This document shows positions 61,571 through 64,000 of a stretch of DNA of 64,000 nucleotides, piece by piece (position 1 is the first letter of the stretch; each line of letters opens with the position of its first letter). This DNA comes from Octopus vulgaris (lineage: Eukaryota). The stretch covers positions 146,382,001 to 146,446,000 of the forward strand of contig OX597816.1 in assembly GCA_951406725.2 (NCBI GenBank). The letters are read 5' to 3'. The notes below the pieces were generated by a model. It ran no database searches. It was not told the origin of the DNA and saw only the letters and a program-made list of their open reading frames with translations. Position numbers and translations under genes: made by a program.

Positions 61571-61849
61571 GCGAAGATAATTTTGTAACTAAGGCGACTA
61601 AAAATTTAAGGCAATGGAGCTAAAACAATATAAACATAAACAATATGCATGAATTAATTCCATAGATTTTTCTTCATTCGACTTCACTCGTATTACCCTT
61701 TTAGGTTTTTATCACCTTTTACTCGTGTATACGTGTATATTTTATACTACTGGGTTTTACCATTGGGTGCCCTATTGTTGGTATGACTTCTTTGAGCATG
61801 TATTTAAGGTTATCAGAAAAGGAATGCTGTTCAGGGAGTCGCTTTCCGA

Positions 61850-62110
61850 GTCTCATGATGGTATCAGCCTAACGTATTCAAACTTGTTCAAGGGATGCAC
61901 ATCGACAATTGGTATTGAAAGATTTTGCTGAAGGTATATGATACGACATTCAAAGGCAGTCTCGATTGAAGCTAAGCCTCTGCCTCCTTTTTTTCGTTTT
62001 AGGTTGAGGTGGTGTACGTCATTGTTGGTGTGGAAATTGAGTGTGCTAGTTAGTATCTTCGGGATTTTCATGAGTATCCTTTACACAATTATTCAAAAAT
62101 TATACCATCC
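61850..62110 (-). mobile_element. Old R4/Dong-type RT C-terminal fragment
   Basis: FHTNNDVHHLNLKRKKGGRGLASIE is homologous to HHPNSDMERLYIQRIEVGRGLIQLE in the ORF at 4812. Confidence 0.7.
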
Positions 62111-62224
62111 AAATTTCTATACGAACAACTACTGAGTTGATCAATAGTTTGCTTACTCTTTCCATTATACATACACATATATACAAACGTCTGTATACAC
62201 ACACACACACACATATATACATAC

Positions 62225-62298
<74 letters not shown>

Positions 62299-62321
62299 AT
62301 ACATATAAACATGAATATATA

Positions 62322-63201
62322 CAGGGTGCGGTGAAGATTTTGTTGAAATTTCGAAGAAATGAAAATAACACTGACATCGCATTTTAATAAATATACTTAA
62401 CAAAATTACATATTTTGAAATACTAAAAAGTAAATTCATTCAATAAAATCGCCATTGGCTTCAACATCGGCTTTCAGACGACTTCGGAATCTCCTGCCAC
62501 TCTTCTGAACAAGACTCCTTATTTAAGTTGGTGAATGCTGCTATAATACTTGCCTTCAGTTCATGTTTTATGTTACAAGGAGTTTTGTTGGTCTCTCTCT
62601 CAACTACGCCTACCACATAATAATGAAGGAGGTTGCTATCTGGGAAATTAGGTGGCCAGATGTCAGGGGTAATGTAGTCGCAGAAATTGTCTGCCAGCCA
62701 TAACTGGGTTCTCCTGCTTTTGTGGCATCGTACAGAATCCTGTCGACAGACATCAGATCTTCCAGCAGCCATCCTACCGACACACTACCTCCAGCAGATA
62801 CTTGATGTAGACTTCCGTGTTGAATATGCAGCCGTGTGAGAAGATGAATGGGGGCAAAACGTCACCATCTAGTGATGGTGACGTTATTCCCCATTCATCC
62901 AAACGCCATGATATTGACTAAATACATATAATCATGAACATGTCTTGGGGACACGGCAAGCCAACCGTTGTGTGTTCACCATCTGTTCATAGAGTAGCTT
63001 CCGGCGCGAATGTCAAGCAGTACAGTATATCAGTTCCAAATTTCTGGTAGAGTGAATTGCGTAATGGTGCTGTTTTCCTCACAATTTTCTAGATAATATA
63101 CTTCACATATGAAATGTATATAACGTATTATCAATTTCAATATTAACTACATAATAAATTGCTTGGCACCACATTTTAATGAGACTTTTTAAGCACCCCA
63201 G
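62322..63201 (-). mobile_element. Tc1/mariner-superfamily transposon remnant
   Basis: QDSVRCH..TQLWL..WPPNFPDSNLLHYYV resembles QD.A..H and WPP.SPDLNP.D. The left end is TA|CAGGGTGC and a partial inverted end GCACCCC lies at 63193. Confidence 0.75.
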
Positions 63202-64000
63202 TCTGAATAACTCTGAGACAAATATGTCATCTAAAGGTTGAATGCACTGGTTACTTCTACCTGAAGGTATAACCATAATCAAACCTTAGAGGTAGATATA
63301 GTATTTATCATTGATCTTGAATGTGAATACCTTATTATTTGTAGTTTTCCTTATAATATTTGAAAAGCTACTTTTCATTCTTTACAGTTGATATTAGGTT
63401 TACTACAATATGCAGCGTACATATATTTGATGCAGTCATACTTTATATATTTTTAGATCTTGTAAATATATATTGGGTTCAGTAATATCTTTGTACTTTC
63501 GTTAAGAATATAATGGGTAATTATTTTCAAAAATAACTATAAACTTCTCGGTAAAATTATTTTCAGTATCCATTAAAGTAATCAAACTTATTTGAAATTG
63601 CTTTCTAAAATTGCAAAATAGAAGGAAAATAACGTGTTGCATCTTGATTGTGGCAGCAGAAATTTATGAAGTTTATGTTTAATAACTGAAATATACTGAA
63701 GAACAGAGATTAGTCAGTTCGTGAATGATATCAAAGAAGAAAAGGCAATAACAAAGGTGCGAGTAGAAAATAATCTACAGAACAATTTTAATAAAATGAT
63801 AATAAAAACCGTCAATAATATATCAAACCTGCAAAGCAATGGCTTCCTGTCACATCTGAAAATGTATACCCACATAGAAACATATATAGACCGGCATGTT
63901 TTAGTAGAATTATTCACACATATACACTAATACACAGAGAGTCACATATATGTACACCATTATTCTAAGCATGCAAGTGAAGAAATATACAAATTGTTAT

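Overview
AT-rich eukaryotic non-coding DNA (intergenic or intronic) dense in microsatellites and mobile-element debris. The SINE families and repeat landscape suggest an octopus or other coleoid cephalopod genome; this is an inference. No host protein-coding gene can be supported, and almost all ORF-track entries are microsatellite translations. Recognisable content: (1) a head-to-tail stack of 5'-truncated R4/Dong-type RLE retrotransposons inside (TAA)n at 4.5-10.6 kb; (2) several tRNA-derived SINEs; (3) compound non-autonomous Helitrons, one with a PIF1 helicase fragment; (4) two CR1/L2-group LINE remnants; (5) two Tc1/mariner remnants; (6) a Penelope GIY-YIG remnant; (7) a 100-N gap and a noisy (TA)n block. 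The most notable signal is a set of at least seven sequence-unrelated type I hammerhead-ribozyme (HHR) motifs. Two have fully canonical cores and very long stem II hairpins (23975-24072 and 42277-42396). Most lie in short non-coding cassettes embedded in or abutting TA-type microsatellites, and one cassette splits a SINE. This suggests a diverse family of non-autonomous Penelope/retrozyme-like elements that target microsatellites. There is also a perfect 95-bp inverted duplication of a diverged SINE copy. All structures were folded by eye; no searches were run.
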